A stretch of 64,000 nt of DNA from Micrococcales bacterium (GTDB lineage Bacteria > Actinomycetota > Actinomycetes > Actinomycetales > WQXJ01): positions 17,602 to 81,601 of the forward strand of contig WQXJ01000003.1 of NCBI GenBank assembly GCA_009784895.1. The letters are read 5' to 3'. Made by a program: the position numbers and the translations under genes. Numbering within the stretch: position 1 is the stretch's first letter; every line of letters starts with the position of its first letter. A model generated the notes under the pieces. The model did not search any database, was not told the DNA's origin, and worked only from the letters and a program-made list of their open reading frames with translations. This document shows, in pieces, positions 17,694-27,992 of this stretch.

Positions 17694-20039
17694 TGCGGGC
17701 AAGAGGCGGGCTCGCAGGTGGGCGGCTGGCCCGGCTGTCCGGGCCAAGGCCCGCAACAGGGCTCGGATTTGGCTCCGGCTGGGAAGCTGGCTTACCTCGC
17801 CCGGAGCCGGCAGGATGCCCTGGTCGACCAGGGCGGTTTGGTCGCCGTAGGCCAGGGTGGTGACCTGGTCGACCAAGGTCGCCAAAGTCTCCTGCTGGGC
17901 TGTTAGGTCGAGCCGGCCTGAACTGGCGGCCTCGTCTAGGCGGTTGGCCAGCCGCTGGCCAAATTGGACCACCGTCTCGCTTTGAGGTCCGGCCAAGCCC
18001 AGGTCAACCGCGCTGGCGACCAGCTCTCGCCAGGCGCCGGGCAGGCCGCGACGTAAGCGCCGGCATCGGACAAATGGACGCAGGGCGGCCGGAATAAAAC
18101 CCAGCCCCATCAGTAGCAACACCACCAAGCCGCCGTGCCACCAGTGGAATGGCGACCCAGAATCAGCATCTGGAGCCGGGCCGTGACTTGGGCTGGGGCT
18201 GGCGGCAGCAGTTGGCCTGGGCGACGGGCTGGGGCTGGGGCTAGCGGTGGGGCTGGGGCTGGCGGGAGTTGGGGTCTGGCCGGCGGCAGAAGGCGGGGTC
18301 GGTTCAAATGGCACCCAGCCAACCCCATCGATGAAGAGCTCGGGCCAGGCGTGGAGCTGATTGGCCCTAACGGTGAAGGTTGTCAGACCGTTGGGGCCGG
18401 GCGGACCGTCTGGTCGACCAGCCAGGTAGCCCGTGGCGATGCGGCTTGGTATTCCCAAGACCCGCGCCATCAGAGCCATGGCCACGGCGAAATGGATGCA
18501 ATAGCCAGATTTGACCTCCAAAAAGCGGGCCACTACTTCTGTCGAGTCACCGTCGTAGTCTTGTCGCAAAGGGGTGGTGGTTGAGTAGCTGTAGTCGCCG
18601 CTGCGGAAGTGGGCTTCAAGCGCCTGGGCCGCGTCTAAAGGTGATGTCAACCCGGCCCCGGCTTGCAGCGCGGTGGTCTCGACTATCTCCGGCAATGAAG
18701 GCAGCTCCAGGTAGGGCCAGAGCTGGCCCAGGCTGGCCAAGTACGGATTGGCCAAATCCGGGCTGGCCGCGGCGGTCAGATCCACCAGCGAAAAGGTGGC
18801 TCGATAGGTCATCTCCGGGGCCTCACCGCGCTCGTACTGAACGGTCAGGTCACTTGGGTCAAGCCAAGCCGGCGGTGTTAGACCCTCGATTCCGGTGGTG
18901 ACCCAAGGCAGCGGCAGGTAATCGCCACCCAGATCGATCAAGTCGATGTCGAGCAAGTGTTCGGTTGCCTCCAGAGTTGCGTTCGCCCTGATGGCCTGGT
19001 GCTGGTCTTCGAATGGGACAGCCAAAAGCTGCTCACTGGCGGCCCAGCCGCCGGCTTGCCAGTTGAGCGTGGTCAACCTGAGGTAGACGCCCTGCGGCAG
19101 GTCAGTGGCGTATTGGGCGACGGGCGCATTCGAATTTCGGCGCAGGTCGCGGCCCAAGTCCACCAAGGTCGACTCGGCGCCTGTGCCGCCTCCGCCCGCC
19201 CGTCCCCCGGGCTGGAACAAGGCTGAGGATTGCAGCCCCGGCGCCGCCTGGCTAACGAGCAGGGCCAAGGCGGTAGCCAAGGCGGTGATGACCAAACCGG
19301 CTGCCTTGACCCGCGGCCGGCCCGGGGCGCTGATCACCAGCAAAAGCAGGAAGGCGGCCAGGGGCACAGCCAGGCGCCAGCCCGCGATTGGCTGGCGCAC
19401 AAAAGCCACGGCCAGCGTCACCGGTAAGGCTGCCACCAAACCAGCCACGGCCGGCGCCTTGACCGTCCGGCCGTACCAGTCGACGATGGCGGCCAGCAAT
19501 CCCCCGCCCACCCCGGCAAGTACCAAAATGCCTGGGACGGAGGCGATTGGCGGCACACCTAAGTCGATGGTTCTAGCCGCTTGACCGCGTAAGGCGTCGA
19601 GGTGCAGCCAGCTTTCAGATCCGGGATACAGGCCAAACGGTCCAAACGGCGGGGCTGCCAAGAACAACGCCACCAGCGGCGCGGCCACCAGCTGGGCCAC
19701 GGTGACGAACCAGCGCCGCACCCCTCCGGCGGCAAAGATTTGTCCAATCAGCAGAACCCCGACGACCCCGGCCAGGTAGGCCGCTATCCAGGTGGTGCCG
19801 GCGACCAAACCGGATAAGGGCCACAGGATTGAGCCCAAAAAGACGGCTAGACCAACCGAGACCGCCCAATCCTGGTTCGTTCCACGTCCGGGTGGCTGCC
19901 ACAATTCGGTGCTCCACAACACCCCCCGTGACATGGCCGCCTTGATGTTAGGGTCGCGGCGGCCAGCCCGGTCACGCCCGTCACTGCGGTCGGATCGTTC
20001 CGCCCGGTCACGCTGCCCAAGAGCCTTTGACCCAGTCAC
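17649..20039 (-). CDS. Transglutaminase-domain membrane protein (TgpA-like)
   Basis: 796 aa with multiple N-terminal TM helices. Transglutaminase core [27 protein letters not shown]. Third gene of a MoxR-DUF58-TgpA operon. Its 3' end overlaps ilvD convergently by 45 nt. Confidence 0.85.
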   Translation of the reverse strand: MTGSKALGQRDRAERSDRSDGRDRAGRRDPNIKAAMSRGVLWSTELWQPPGRGTNQDWAVSVGLAVFLGSILWPLSGLVAGTTWIAAYLAGVVGVLLIGQIFAAGGVRRWFVTVAQLVAAPLVALFLAAPPFGPFGLYPGSESWLHLDALRGQAARTIDLGVPPIASVPGILVLAGVGGGLLAAIVDWYGRTVKAPAVAGLVAALPVTLAVAFVRQPIAGWRLAVPLAAFLLLLVISAPGRPRVKAAGLVITALATALALLVSQAAPGLQSSALFQPGGRAGGGGTGAESTLVDLGRDLRRNSNAPVAQYATDLPQGVYLRLTTLNWQAGGWAASEQLLAVPFEDQHQAIRANATLEATEHLLDIDLIDLGGDYLPLPWVTTGIEGLTPPAWLDPSDLTVQYERGEAPEMTYRATFSLVDLTAAASPDLANPYLASLGQLWPYLELPSLPEIVETTALQAGAGLTSPLDAAQALEAHFRSGDYSYSTTTPLRQDYDGDSTEVVARFLEVKSGYCIHFAVAMALMARVLGIPSRIATGYLAGRPDGPPGPNGLTTFTVRANQLHAWPELFIDGVGWVPFEPTPPSAAGQTPTPASPSPTASPSPSPSPRPTAAASPSPSHGPAPDADSGSPFHWWHGGLVVLLLMGLGFIPAALRPFVRCRRLRRGLPGAWRELVASAVDLGLAGPQSETVVQFGQRLANRLDEAASSGRLDLTAQQETLATLVDQVTTLAYGDQTALVDQGILPAPGEVSQLPSRSQIRALLRALARTAGPAAHLRARLLPASTKAADVAHRPFVG

Positions 20040-21181
20040 GTGACATCCGCCCTAACCAGGTTGACCTGCCAACCATTGGCCGTCAAAGTGCCGGCTAATG
20101 CCGCCGCCGGACCGACCAACAAGGCCTGGGGTGGGCCGGTTAGGTTGGCCAACCGGTCAAGTGCCTGGGTCCGGGAGCCACCGGCATGGCCCAGTACCAC
20201 CAACACTGGCGTCTCGCCTTCGCGCAATGGCAGTTGATCCGCCAAGGCGGCGACCCAATTCGGTTCTGGCCCGGACCGGACCTGTAGGCGGGCAAAATCA
20301 GCTAGAGCCAGATCCTGGTCGCCCAGGCCGTAGGGACCCAGGACCTGGCCAAAAGTGGTCATTACCTGGACCGGGTGCCCCTTGGCCATTAGTCGGATCA
20401 AGGCGCTGGCGGCGGCGGAAATCGCCAGTTCAACCTGCCTGGCCGAACCGGCCTGCGTGGTATCAACCACCAGCCAGACAGTGGTGTTAGACCGGGGCCG
20501 GTCTTGACGAACCATCAATTCGGCCCGCCGCGCCGTTGAACGCCAATGCACCCTGGACCGCGGGTCGCCCACTTGATAGGGCCGCACCGAAATCGGGTCG
20601 AGTTCAAGCGGCCCGGCCCGGCCCAAAAGGGTTTCGCGTTCCTGACTCTCCGCCGGGAACGGGCTGAGCGGCACGTGGATCAGCCGGGGAGAGACCAACA
20701 CCTGACCGGGCGGGCAGACCACACGCCGCACACAGGCCACGCCCAGAGGGGACAGATGCTGGCTCAAAGCTGGCCCAATACGCCAGGCACCTCTGGCACC
20801 AAGGCCCAGCCAGTAGACCAAAGCTGGGCTGTGGCCGGCTACCTCCGCTCGGCCGGTTCGCATCACGCCAGTAGGCGTGACATCGACCACCGCCGGCCAG
20901 TCGCGCGCCCTAAGCCCCGGCCCAGGCGAATGGAAGACCACAGGTAGCCGCACACCGCAGGCCACCGGCGCCACTGGCAGCTGCCGCCTCAAGTCCAACC
21001 GGTTGCGACCAAAACGCCCAACTAGCCAGGATGCCGCCACCGAGATCACCAGCGCCAGCCCTACTAGCAGCAGGTCGCGCCGGTCAAACACCAGCGCCAG
21101 GGCCAAGCCGGCCAGCCCGGCACCGGTCAGGCACCAGCCACGCCCGGTCAGCCGAACGGCCACCTGGCCGCGCCGTCTCAT
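20036..21181 (-). CDS. DUF58-domain protein (MoxR-associated, vWA-like)
   Basis: 381 aa with two N-terminal TM helices. YQVGDPRSRVHWRSTARRAELMVRQ is the typical DUF58 motif. 4-nt overlaps with both neighbouring genes. Confidence 0.8.
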   Translation of the reverse strand: MRRRGQVAVRLTGRGWCLTGAGLAGLALALVFDRRDLLLVGLALVISVAASWLVGRFGRNRLDLRRQLPVAPVACGVRLPVVFHSPGPGLRARDWPAVVDVTPTGVMRTGRAEVAGHSPALVYWLGLGARGAWRIGPALSQHLSPLGVACVRRVVCPPGQVLVSPRLIHVPLSPFPAESQERETLLGRAGPLELDPISVRPYQVGDPRSRVHWRSTARRAELMVRQDRPRSNTTVWLVVDTTQAGSARQVELAISAAASALIRLMAKGHPVQVMTTFGQVLGPYGLGDQDLALADFARLQVRSGPEPNWVAALADQLPLREGETPVLVVLGHAGGSRTQALDRLANLTGPPQALLVGPAAALAGTLTANGWQVNLVRADVT

Positions 21182-22206
21182 TTGTCTGCGATGGGCACCG
21201 GCACCGGCACGGATTTGACCACCTCGGCCACCACGCCGATGGACTGGGCTGCGGCGTCGACGCCACGCACCGGCGCCCTGGTGACCAAACGGTGTGCCAG
21301 CACTGGCCCGGCCAAGGCCTGGACGTCATCGGGCAGGACATGCCCCCGGCCGGCCAAAGCGGCGTGGGCCCGCGCGGCCGCCAGCAGGTGAACTGCCGCC
21401 CGTGGTGAGGCTCCCAATCTCAAGCCTTGGTGCGACCTGGTGGCCCTGACCAGGTCGACCGCGTAGTCGGTGACCGCCTCGGCGGTGTGGATTTGGTGGC
21501 AGGCGGCGATCATCTGTTGAACCGCGGCCAAAGTCACGACCGGTCCAATTGAGCTGATTGGCTCAGCCAGCTGGCGGGCTTGGGCCATGTCACGCTCGGC
21601 CTCGCGGTCCGGGTAGCCAATGGCCAGACGGGCCATAAAGCGGTCGCGCTGGGCCTCTAGCAGGGCGTATGTGCCCTCCATGTCGATTGGGTTTTGCGTT
21701 GCCACCACGTGAAATGGCTGTTCCAGGGCGTAAGAGGTGCCGTCGACGGTGATATGGCCCTCCTCCATGCACTCCAGCAGGGCGCTTTGGGTGCGCGGGC
21801 TGGCCCGGTTGATCTCATCGCCAATCACAATGTTGGCGAACACCGGGCCGGGTTCAAACTCGAATGAACCGGCAGCTTGGTTGTAGACCGGGGCGCCTGT
21901 CACATCAGAAGGCAGCAGGTCGGGCGTGAACTGGATCCGGCGGACGGTGGCACCAACCGAGGCGGCCAAGGCCCGCGCCAGCATGGTTTTGCCGACGCCT
22001 GGTACGTCCTCGATTAGCAGGTGGCCGTCAGCCAAAAAGACGGTCACGGCCAACCTGATGACATTAGGCTTGCCGGAAATCACCCGGGCCATATTGGCCT
22101 CGATGGCGCCGGCCTGCCGTGCCACGGCCTGCCAGATCGCTGGGTCAGGGCGTGTTCTGGCAGTTGACCTGGGCGCGACTGACTCTGGCGACGGCCTTGG
22201 CAGCAT
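21178..22206 (-). CDS. MoxR-family AAA+ ATPase
   Basis: 342 aa. GHLLIEDVPGVGKTMLARALA (Walker A), PVFANIVIGDEINRASPRTQSALLE (Walker B/sensor), VVATQNP. Confidence 0.9.
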   Translation of the reverse strand: MLPRPSPESVAPRSTARTRPDPAIWQAVARQAGAIEANMARVISGKPNVIRLAVTVFLADGHLLIEDVPGVGKTMLARALAASVGATVRRIQFTPDLLPSDVTGAPVYNQAAGSFEFEPGPVFANIVIGDEINRASPRTQSALLECMEEGHITVDGTSYALEQPFHVVATQNPIDMEGTYALLEAQRDRFMARLAIGYPDREAERDMAQARQLAEPISSIGPVVTLAAVQQMIAACHQIHTAEAVTDYAVDLVRATRSHQGLRLGASPRAAVHLLAAARAHAALAGRGHVLPDDVQALAGPVLAHRLVTRAPVRGVDAAAQSIGVVAEVVKSVPVPVPIADK

Positions 22207-22285
22207 CTGAATCCTGGTTCACTCGGGTTGGGGTGGAGAAGCCATTGGCTCGACAGGCCAGTCTACCTGGACCCACTGCCGCCAC

Positions 22286-25200
22286 TTGGCCAGGGACAGG
22301 CGCGCCTCCCACCACTTGGAGACATGTCGGCTTAAGTTTGTGCCCGTGAGGCCTGCTTTCTTTGCCGGATTAAGGCGAGCTGCGACAAATCGGGCCGTCA
22401 CTGGGCCGCGCCCTGTGACGGCAGAAGACCTTAGGGCTGCCCAAATGGGCCGGGTTTTCGACGGCTGGAATGCCGAGTTATCGACCCTTGGCGGCACTAG
22501 CGCTATGCGCGATATTGCGGCTTTGGGCAACACGGTTCTGAACCTGACGACGGCCCACCCCAGCGGTATTGCCCAGCTGTATGCCGGCCGGCCCACACTC
22601 ATCTCCACGCTGGTCCGCGACAAAGCCGAGGCCCGGGCCGCCGGTTTCAAGGCCGCCCAAGTCAAAGCCCTAGCCGAGGCACATGCCGAACGCTACGGGC
22701 TGCCGCCAATTCAACTTGGATTGGGCATTGCCTTTTGGACCGTGGAAGACGTTGACGGCAGCGAAGTGCCAATGCGTGTGCCGGTGATGCTGCGTGGGAT
22801 TGATATTCGCAACACTAACCACGGCCTCGAATTGGAACTAGAGCCTTCGGTATCAATCAATCCGGAATTGGTCCGAGCTTTGACTGGGCGTGGTATTCCG
22901 GTTGATCCGGCGGCGTTAGCCCGTGACGCATTGTCCGGTTCAGCTTTCAATCCAACCCCGGTATTGCGGGCCGTCGAAGCGATGGGGCAAGCGGCCTACG
23001 GCGACTTCACAGTCAAAAACAAGTCAATTGTCGGTGTCTATGAACACCCTGGCCAGACCCTGATGCGGGATATCGACTACGGTCTGGAGCTGTTGCAGCG
23101 TCATCCGGTGATTGCAGCCTTGGCGGGCGACGAATCAGCCCAGATTCGCCTGCTCGGTACGGCCCTGGCGCCGCGCCTGGAAGGCGACCGCCCACCAGAC
23201 CACGAGCGTGGCGTGGGCGATTTGACTCCCAGCCAGTCCTACGTTGTCGACGTGGTGGCCGCTGGGGCATCAGTGCTGGTAGACACGCCACCAGGACCAG
23301 CTGGGCCGGCCACAGTGGCAGCCGTTATTGCCGACTCAATTGGTTCGGGACGTTCGGTGCTTTACGTTGGCGGCCAACGGCGTTCGGCTCAGGCGGTGGC
23401 GCGGACCTTGCAGGCACACGGCCTAGGCGAGGGGCTGCTGGATCTGAAACCGGCCCCGGGTTGGCCCAACCGCTCTGTTGCGCACCTGGTCAAGGGCATG
23501 TACGTGTCCAGCGCGCCGGTTGATGCGGCTGGCATTTTGCGCATCAGGTCTGCCCTGACTGAGCGGAGCGCGCAGATTTCGGCCTATATTGACGCGCTGC
23601 ACCAGCCGATGGGCCAATTGGATGTCTCGGCCTATGACGCCCTAGAGGCCATTGCTCGCATCACTGAGGACTATCCCTCTGCCCGCACCACCGTTCGTCT
23701 CAATCTACAAACCGCGGCGCGCCTGGATTCGCCAGCCAGGGACGAGGTCCGTAGCTGGCTAGAACAGGGCGCCCGCCTTGGGATGTTCCGGGTTTCAGCC
23801 GAGGCGACCGCGTGGTTCGGCGCAGCGGTCATGTCTGAGTCCGAGTCCGACCAAGCCTTGACCCTATTGGACCGCCTGCGGGTGGGATCGTTAGCCCAGG
23901 TCATTGACCAAATGAAGCAGGTCACCAGCGAGGCCGAGCTGGCCGAATCAACCACCATTGCCGGCTGGGGCGACCAACTGGACATGCTGGTGGGTGTGCG
24001 CCAAGCCCTCGACCAGTTCATTCCAGAAGTCTTTGAGCGGTCTCCTAGCGACATGGTGGCAGCTACGGCCACGGCCGAATGGCGTGCCGCTAACAAGGCT
24101 GAAATGTCGAACCGCACCCGGCGGCGGCTGATCAAGCAGGCCAAGGACCTGGTGCGTCCAGGGCTCAGAGTAGACAACCTGCACCAGGCCTTGGAACAGG
24201 TGGCCGAGCAGCGCCAGATCTGGCTCAGCTGGGCGCCGGACGTGCCCTGGCCCAGACTGCCTGCTGGCATGGCCCAGGTCGAGGCCGAATACGCCACCGT
24301 GCGCTCAGATCTCGACGCCCTAGACGCAATCTTGACCAAGTCCCAGGGCGAGTCACTGGTGACTTTGCCTTTCGACGGCCTGATCGCCAGACTCGATCGG
24401 CTCGACCAAGACCGGGGCTGGTTGGACACTTTGCCCAAGATGAACCAACTGGCCGTCAAACTCCACCAGGCTGGCCTTGGCGAGCTGCTGGGCGACCTAA
24501 CCTCACGCCGGGTCGGCCCAGTCGACCCTGAGCAGGTCGAAGCCGCGGCCGAGATCGCGGCCGTTGGCCGCGAAGCAGATTTGGCCTGGTGGTCGACCGC
24601 CCTGGCCACGGCACTGGAGGCCAATCCGGATTTGGCTGAATTTGGCGGCGACAAGCTGGGCAGCCTGGTTGAGTCGTATTGCGAACTCGACGTAGCCCAT
24701 ATCGCCACCAAACCAACTCCGATCAGGGCGGCCATCTGCGCCTGGCGCGATCAGGCGGCGGAGAACTATCCAGGCCAGGCCTTTAAGCTGGCCCACGCCC
24801 CGGCTGGCGCCACCTTGCGCCAGGTCATTGCCGACGCCCCCAACGTGGCGCTCAAAGCCCGGCCATGCATCATGGCGGGCCCGGTTATGGTGCCCGGAGC
24901 CATCCCACTGACCGAAACTGGCGGCCCGGTCTTCGATTTGGTGATCGTCGACGGCGCCGATGCAATGAGCACAGCCGTGGCCGTACCCACCCTGGGTCGC
25001 GGCCACCAGGTTGTGGTCTTCGGTGACACTGGCCGGGCGGCAGCTGGTTCGTTGACCCAGGCCGCAGCGCAGGTCATGCCCAAAGTTGAGCTACCAGCTG
25101 AAGGCCAAGAACGCGACCCGCGCCTGGCCAGGCTTCTCGAATCGGTCGGCTACGCCACGCTCGGTCCATTGCTACCAATGCCTTCCAGCGTCGAGGCCCT

Positions 25201-26092
25201 GAGCTGGCACTACGTTGACGGCGTGGGCCGCGTGGCGCGTGGCGGCAGTGGTATCGACGCGCCAGTGGAGGAAATTGACCTGGTTGGCGATCTGGTCCAC
25301 TCCTACCTTGAGCGTTGGCCCGGTGAGTCCCTGGCCGTAGTTGGCGCCGGTCCGGACCAGGCCGAACGCCTCTTGACTGCCCTAAACCGCCTAGTCAAAG
25401 CCGGCGACGAACTGATCGAAGCCGCCCTAGCCGAGCCAGCCCACGGCGGCCAGGCTCAGCTGATGGTTGCCGACGCCGTCGCCGCCTCTGGCCTGACCGC
25501 CAAGACGGTCGTCCTGGCCTGCGGTTTTGCCCGTTCACCGCGCGGCAATGTGCTTTACGACTTTGATCAGCTTGACGGCGACGAAGGCGCCGCCATTTTG
25601 GCCGGAGCTCTGGTAGGGGCCGAGCGCCGCCTGGCGGTGGTCTCCAGCCTGAAGTCCTCCGACCTAGACGATGACCGGCTACACGGGGCCGGGCCGGCGC
25701 TGTTCAAGCGGGTGCTTGATCTAGCGCAACACTCAAACATCACCATGAACGGCTCGGCCCGGCCAACTCAAGCCCTGTTCTCCGATTTGGCCCGGCGGAT
25801 CGAACGCCGGGGCCTAGGCGTCACAACCGGCTACGGCCGCTGTCAAACCAAGGTCATTCCCATGGTGGTTAGTGATCCCGCCACCGACAATCCCGACGTC
25901 GCTGTGCTCAGCGACGATGCCGCATTTGTGGCGGAACCATCGCTGCGGACCAAATTGCGCCATTGGCCTTGCCAACTCGAGTCCCTGGGCTGGAGCACCG
26001 TCCAAACCTGGAGCGCCCCGGTCTTCATGGACCCGGAGACCGAGGCCCGCACCGTGGTCCAGGCCGCCTGTTCTCCGGCGGCAGACGCCTAA
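22286..26092 (+). CDS. Large DUF4011 / SF1 (Upf1-like) helicase / C-terminal REase-like protein with degenerate catalytic motifs; start codon uncertain (alternatives 22346, 22415, 22445)
   Basis: 1268-aa ORF. Segments align by eye to helicase motifs I, II/III and VI and to a DUF3320/Vsr-like tail, but the key residues are replaced (see finding). Confidence 0.6.
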   Translation: MARDRRASHHLETCRLKFVPVRPAFFAGLRRAATNRAVTGPRPVTAEDLRAAQMGRVFDGWNAELSTLGGTSAMRDIAALGNTVLNLTTAHPSGIAQLYAGRPTLISTLVRDKAEARAAGFKAAQVKALAEAHAERYGLPPIQLGLGIAFWTVEDVDGSEVPMRVPVMLRGIDIRNTNHGLELELEPSVSINPELVRALTGRGIPVDPAALARDALSGSAFNPTPVLRAVEAMGQAAYGDFTVKNKSIVGVYEHPGQTLMRDIDYGLELLQRHPVIAALAGDESAQIRLLGTALAPRLEGDRPPDHERGVGDLTPSQSYVVDVVAAGASVLVDTPPGPAGPATVAAVIADSIGSGRSVLYVGGQRRSAQAVARTLQAHGLGEGLLDLKPAPGWPNRSVAHLVKGMYVSSAPVDAAGILRIRSALTERSAQISAYIDALHQPMGQLDVSAYDALEAIARITEDYPSARTTVRLNLQTAARLDSPARDEVRSWLEQGARLGMFRVSAEATAWFGAAVMSESESDQALTLLDRLRVGSLAQVIDQMKQVTSEAELAESTTIAGWGDQLDMLVGVRQALDQFIPEVFERSPSDMVAATATAEWRAANKAEMSNRTRRRLIKQAKDLVRPGLRVDNLHQALEQVAEQRQIWLSWAPDVPWPRLPAGMAQVEAEYATVRSDLDALDAILTKSQGESLVTLPFDGLIARLDRLDQDRGWLDTLPKMNQLAVKLHQAGLGELLGDLTSRRVGPVDPEQVEAAAEIAAVGREADLAWWSTALATALEANPDLAEFGGDKLGSLVESYCELDVAHIATKPTPIRAAICAWRDQAAENYPGQAFKLAHAPAGATLRQVIADAPNVALKARPCIMAGPVMVPGAIPLTETGGPVFDLVIVDGADAMSTAVAVPTLGRGHQVVVFGDTGRAAAGSLTQAAAQVMPKVELPAEGQERDPRLARLLESVGYATLGPLLPMPSSVEALSWHYVDGVGRVARGGSGIDAPVEEIDLVGDLVHSYLERWPGESLAVVGAGPDQAERLLTALNRLVKAGDELIEAALAEPAHGGQAQLMVADAVAASGLTAKTVVLACGFARSPRGNVLYDFDQLDGDEGAAILAGALVGAERRLAVVSSLKSSDLDDDRLHGAGPALFKRVLDLAQHSNITMNGSARPTQALFSDLARRIERRGLGVTTGYGRCQTKVIPMVVSDPATDNPDVAVLSDDAAFVAEPSLRTKLRHWPCQLESLGWSTVQTWSAPVFMDPETEARTVVQAACSPAADA

Positions 26093-26105
26093 CCAGCGTC
26101 TTGGC

Positions 26106-26996
26106 CTAGGCGTCTCGCAGTGAGAAACGCCAGGCGCCAAGGCCAAGACTGACCACCGCCCAGCCCACTAAGACAGCCAGACCGCCCCAGGGGCCAATAT
26201 CGGTCGACTTGTAAACATTGACAATGTCCATCGCCCCGATGGGAAAGAACTGGATAGCTTTGCCAATGCTCCTAATCATGATGGCCAGCAGCGGCAGGAT
26301 GATCAGCGGCACCACCACGCCTACACCGTATGCGCAGGCTAGCCCGCCCGCGCTGGACCGCAGCAAGGCGCCGAGCCCTAGGAAAATCAAGACGTAAAGA
26401 ACAGCCACCACCACGCCGCCCGCCAGGCAGCGCGCCGCCACCGGGGTCATCACCAGCGAGGCCACCCGGTTCAATGACACCAGCAGCGCCACCACCAAGC
26501 CAACTAGCTCGGCCAAGGCCGCCAATACCATCGTCAACACTGCGATTACCAACACTTTGGCCGCCAGTACCATTGAGCGCCCCGGCACGGCGGCAAAGCT
26601 GGAGCGAATCATGCCGGAGGAGTACTCGTTAGTGACACTCAGTACCCCCAGCACCGCCAGCACCATCAGGGCCATGACCGCCGTCATATTGCCTATGGCC
26701 GAAGCTAAGGACTCCGAAATCCTTTGGTTCATGCCGTCCCAGACCTCGGTGTCGCTGCCAACATCCATGTCCCAGAAGGTGCCATAGACCGCCAAGGTGT
26801 TGCCGCCAATGGTCAAGAACAGGTAGACCCCGGCCACCCACCAGGTCGAACGCAGCGTGCGGAGTTTGATCCATTCGGCTCGAACGACCCTGGGGAAGGT
26901 CACTCGGTGGCGTCCGGGCGCGCTGGGCTCAGTTGGCGGACGGGCAGGCGGCGGTCCGCTCGGCGCGAGGGGAGCGGCCGGCTGGGGCGCCGTCAT
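26106..26996 (-). CDS. ABC-2 type transporter permease
   Basis: 296 aa, about 6 TM helices. 4-nt overlap with the upstream ATPase gene. Confidence 0.72.
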   Translation of the reverse strand: MTAPQPAAPLAPSGPPPARPPTEPSAPGRHRVTFPRVVRAEWIKLRTLRSTWWVAGVYLFLTIGGNTLAVYGTFWDMDVGSDTEVWDGMNQRISESLASAIGNMTAVMALMVLAVLGVLSVTNEYSSGMIRSSFAAVPGRSMVLAAKVLVIAVLTMVLAALAELVGLVVALLVSLNRVASLVMTPVAARCLAGGVVVAVLYVLIFLGLGALLRSSAGGLACAYGVGVVVPLIILPLLAIMIRSIGKAIQFFPIGAMDIVNVYKSTDIGPWGGLAVLVGWAVVSLGLGAWRFSLRDA

Positions 26997-27916
26997 CGGG
27001 CACCACCGCCTGGCAAACCGGAGCGAAACTCGACCGCGCCGCGGGTGATCTCCATGTAGGCGGCCTCCAGGGTCGAGGTTTGAGAGGTCAGCTGATGCAG
27101 CGTCAGGCCTTCGGCTGCGGCCAGATCGCCGATGGCGGCAGTGGGCCAGCCGTCAACGATCAGCGTGCCTTCGGCCTGGGTTTTGACTTTGGCGCCTTGG
27201 CGGGTCAGAGCCTCGAACAGCTGGCTCGCCTGGGGGCTGCGGACCAAACTGGTTTGCCCCGAGGTGCGGGCGATCAGGTCTGCCACTGAGGTGTCGGCGA
27301 TCAGGCGACCGCGGCCAATGATGATGACCCGGTCGGCAGTTTGGGCCATTTCGCTCATTAGATGCGAACTGATCAGGACGGTCCGGCCCTGGGCGGCCAT
27401 GCCCCGGGCCAGTTGACGCACCCAGGCAACACCCTCCGGGTCGAGCCCGTTGACCGGTTCGTCCAGGATCAGTACGGCCGGGTCACCGAGCAGAGCGGCG
27501 GCAATGCCGAGGCGTTGGTGCATTCCGAGCGAGAATTTGCCCACCCGCCTGGAGGCCACGGAGCCCAGACCGGTTAGCTCAATCATCTCTTCGACTCGAC
27601 GCCGGCCAATACCTTGGGTGGCGGCCATTGCCCGCAGATGGGAGCGGGCGCTGCGACCAGGGTGGACGGCCTTGGCGTCCAATAGCACCCCGACCTGGGC
27701 CAACGGGTCTCGCAGTTTGCGGTAGGCCTGACCGTTGACCAGGGCACGTCCGGATGTGGCCCGGTCTAAGCCCACCATCAGGCGCATAGTGGTCGATTTG
27801 CCGGCACCGTTTGGCCCCAAGAATCCGGTCACCAGCCCCGGAAAAACCGTGACCGATAGGTGGTCGACCGCCACGTTCGAGCCGAACACCTTGGTCAGGG
27901 CTTCGGTCTGGATCAT
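26993..27916 (-). CDS. ABC transporter ATP-binding protein (DrrA/ABC-2 exporter type)
   Basis: 307 aa. GPNGAGKSTT, FSLGMHQRLGIA, LILDEPVNGLDP. Confidence 0.9.
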   Translation of the reverse strand: MIQTEALTKVFGSNVAVDHLSVTVFPGLVTGFLGPNGAGKSTTMRLMVGLDRATSGRALVNGQAYRKLRDPLAQVGVLLDAKAVHPGRSARSHLRAMAATQGIGRRRVEEMIELTGLGSVASRRVGKFSLGMHQRLGIAAALLGDPAVLILDEPVNGLDPEGVAWVRQLARGMAAQGRTVLISSHLMSEMAQTADRVIIIGRGRLIADTSVADLIARTSGQTSLVRSPQASQLFEALTRQGAKVKTQAEGTLIVDGWPTAAIGDLAAAEGLTLHQLTSQTSTLEAAYMEITRGAVEFRSGLPGGGAR

Positions 27917-27992
27917 GGGGTGACTCCCCCGGGCGTTGGACCTGGCATGGGAGACAAACTACCTGACCAGACCGCCAGCTATCATTAGCGAC

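Noticed and set aside
23671-24735. Long antisense or alternative-frame ORFs in the track. Examples: 23671..24735(-) 354 aa, 4016..4828(-) 270 aa, 11150..12001(-) 283 aa, 39967..40653(-) 228 aa, 42273..43061(-) 262 aa, 51511..52500(-) 329 aa, 59655..60950(+) 431 aa.
   Set aside because: All lie opposite or out of frame to genes with clear family motifs. They have Arg/Pro/Ser/Trp/Gly-rich composition, typical of stop-poor non-coding frames in high-GC DNA, and I saw no domain signature in any of them.
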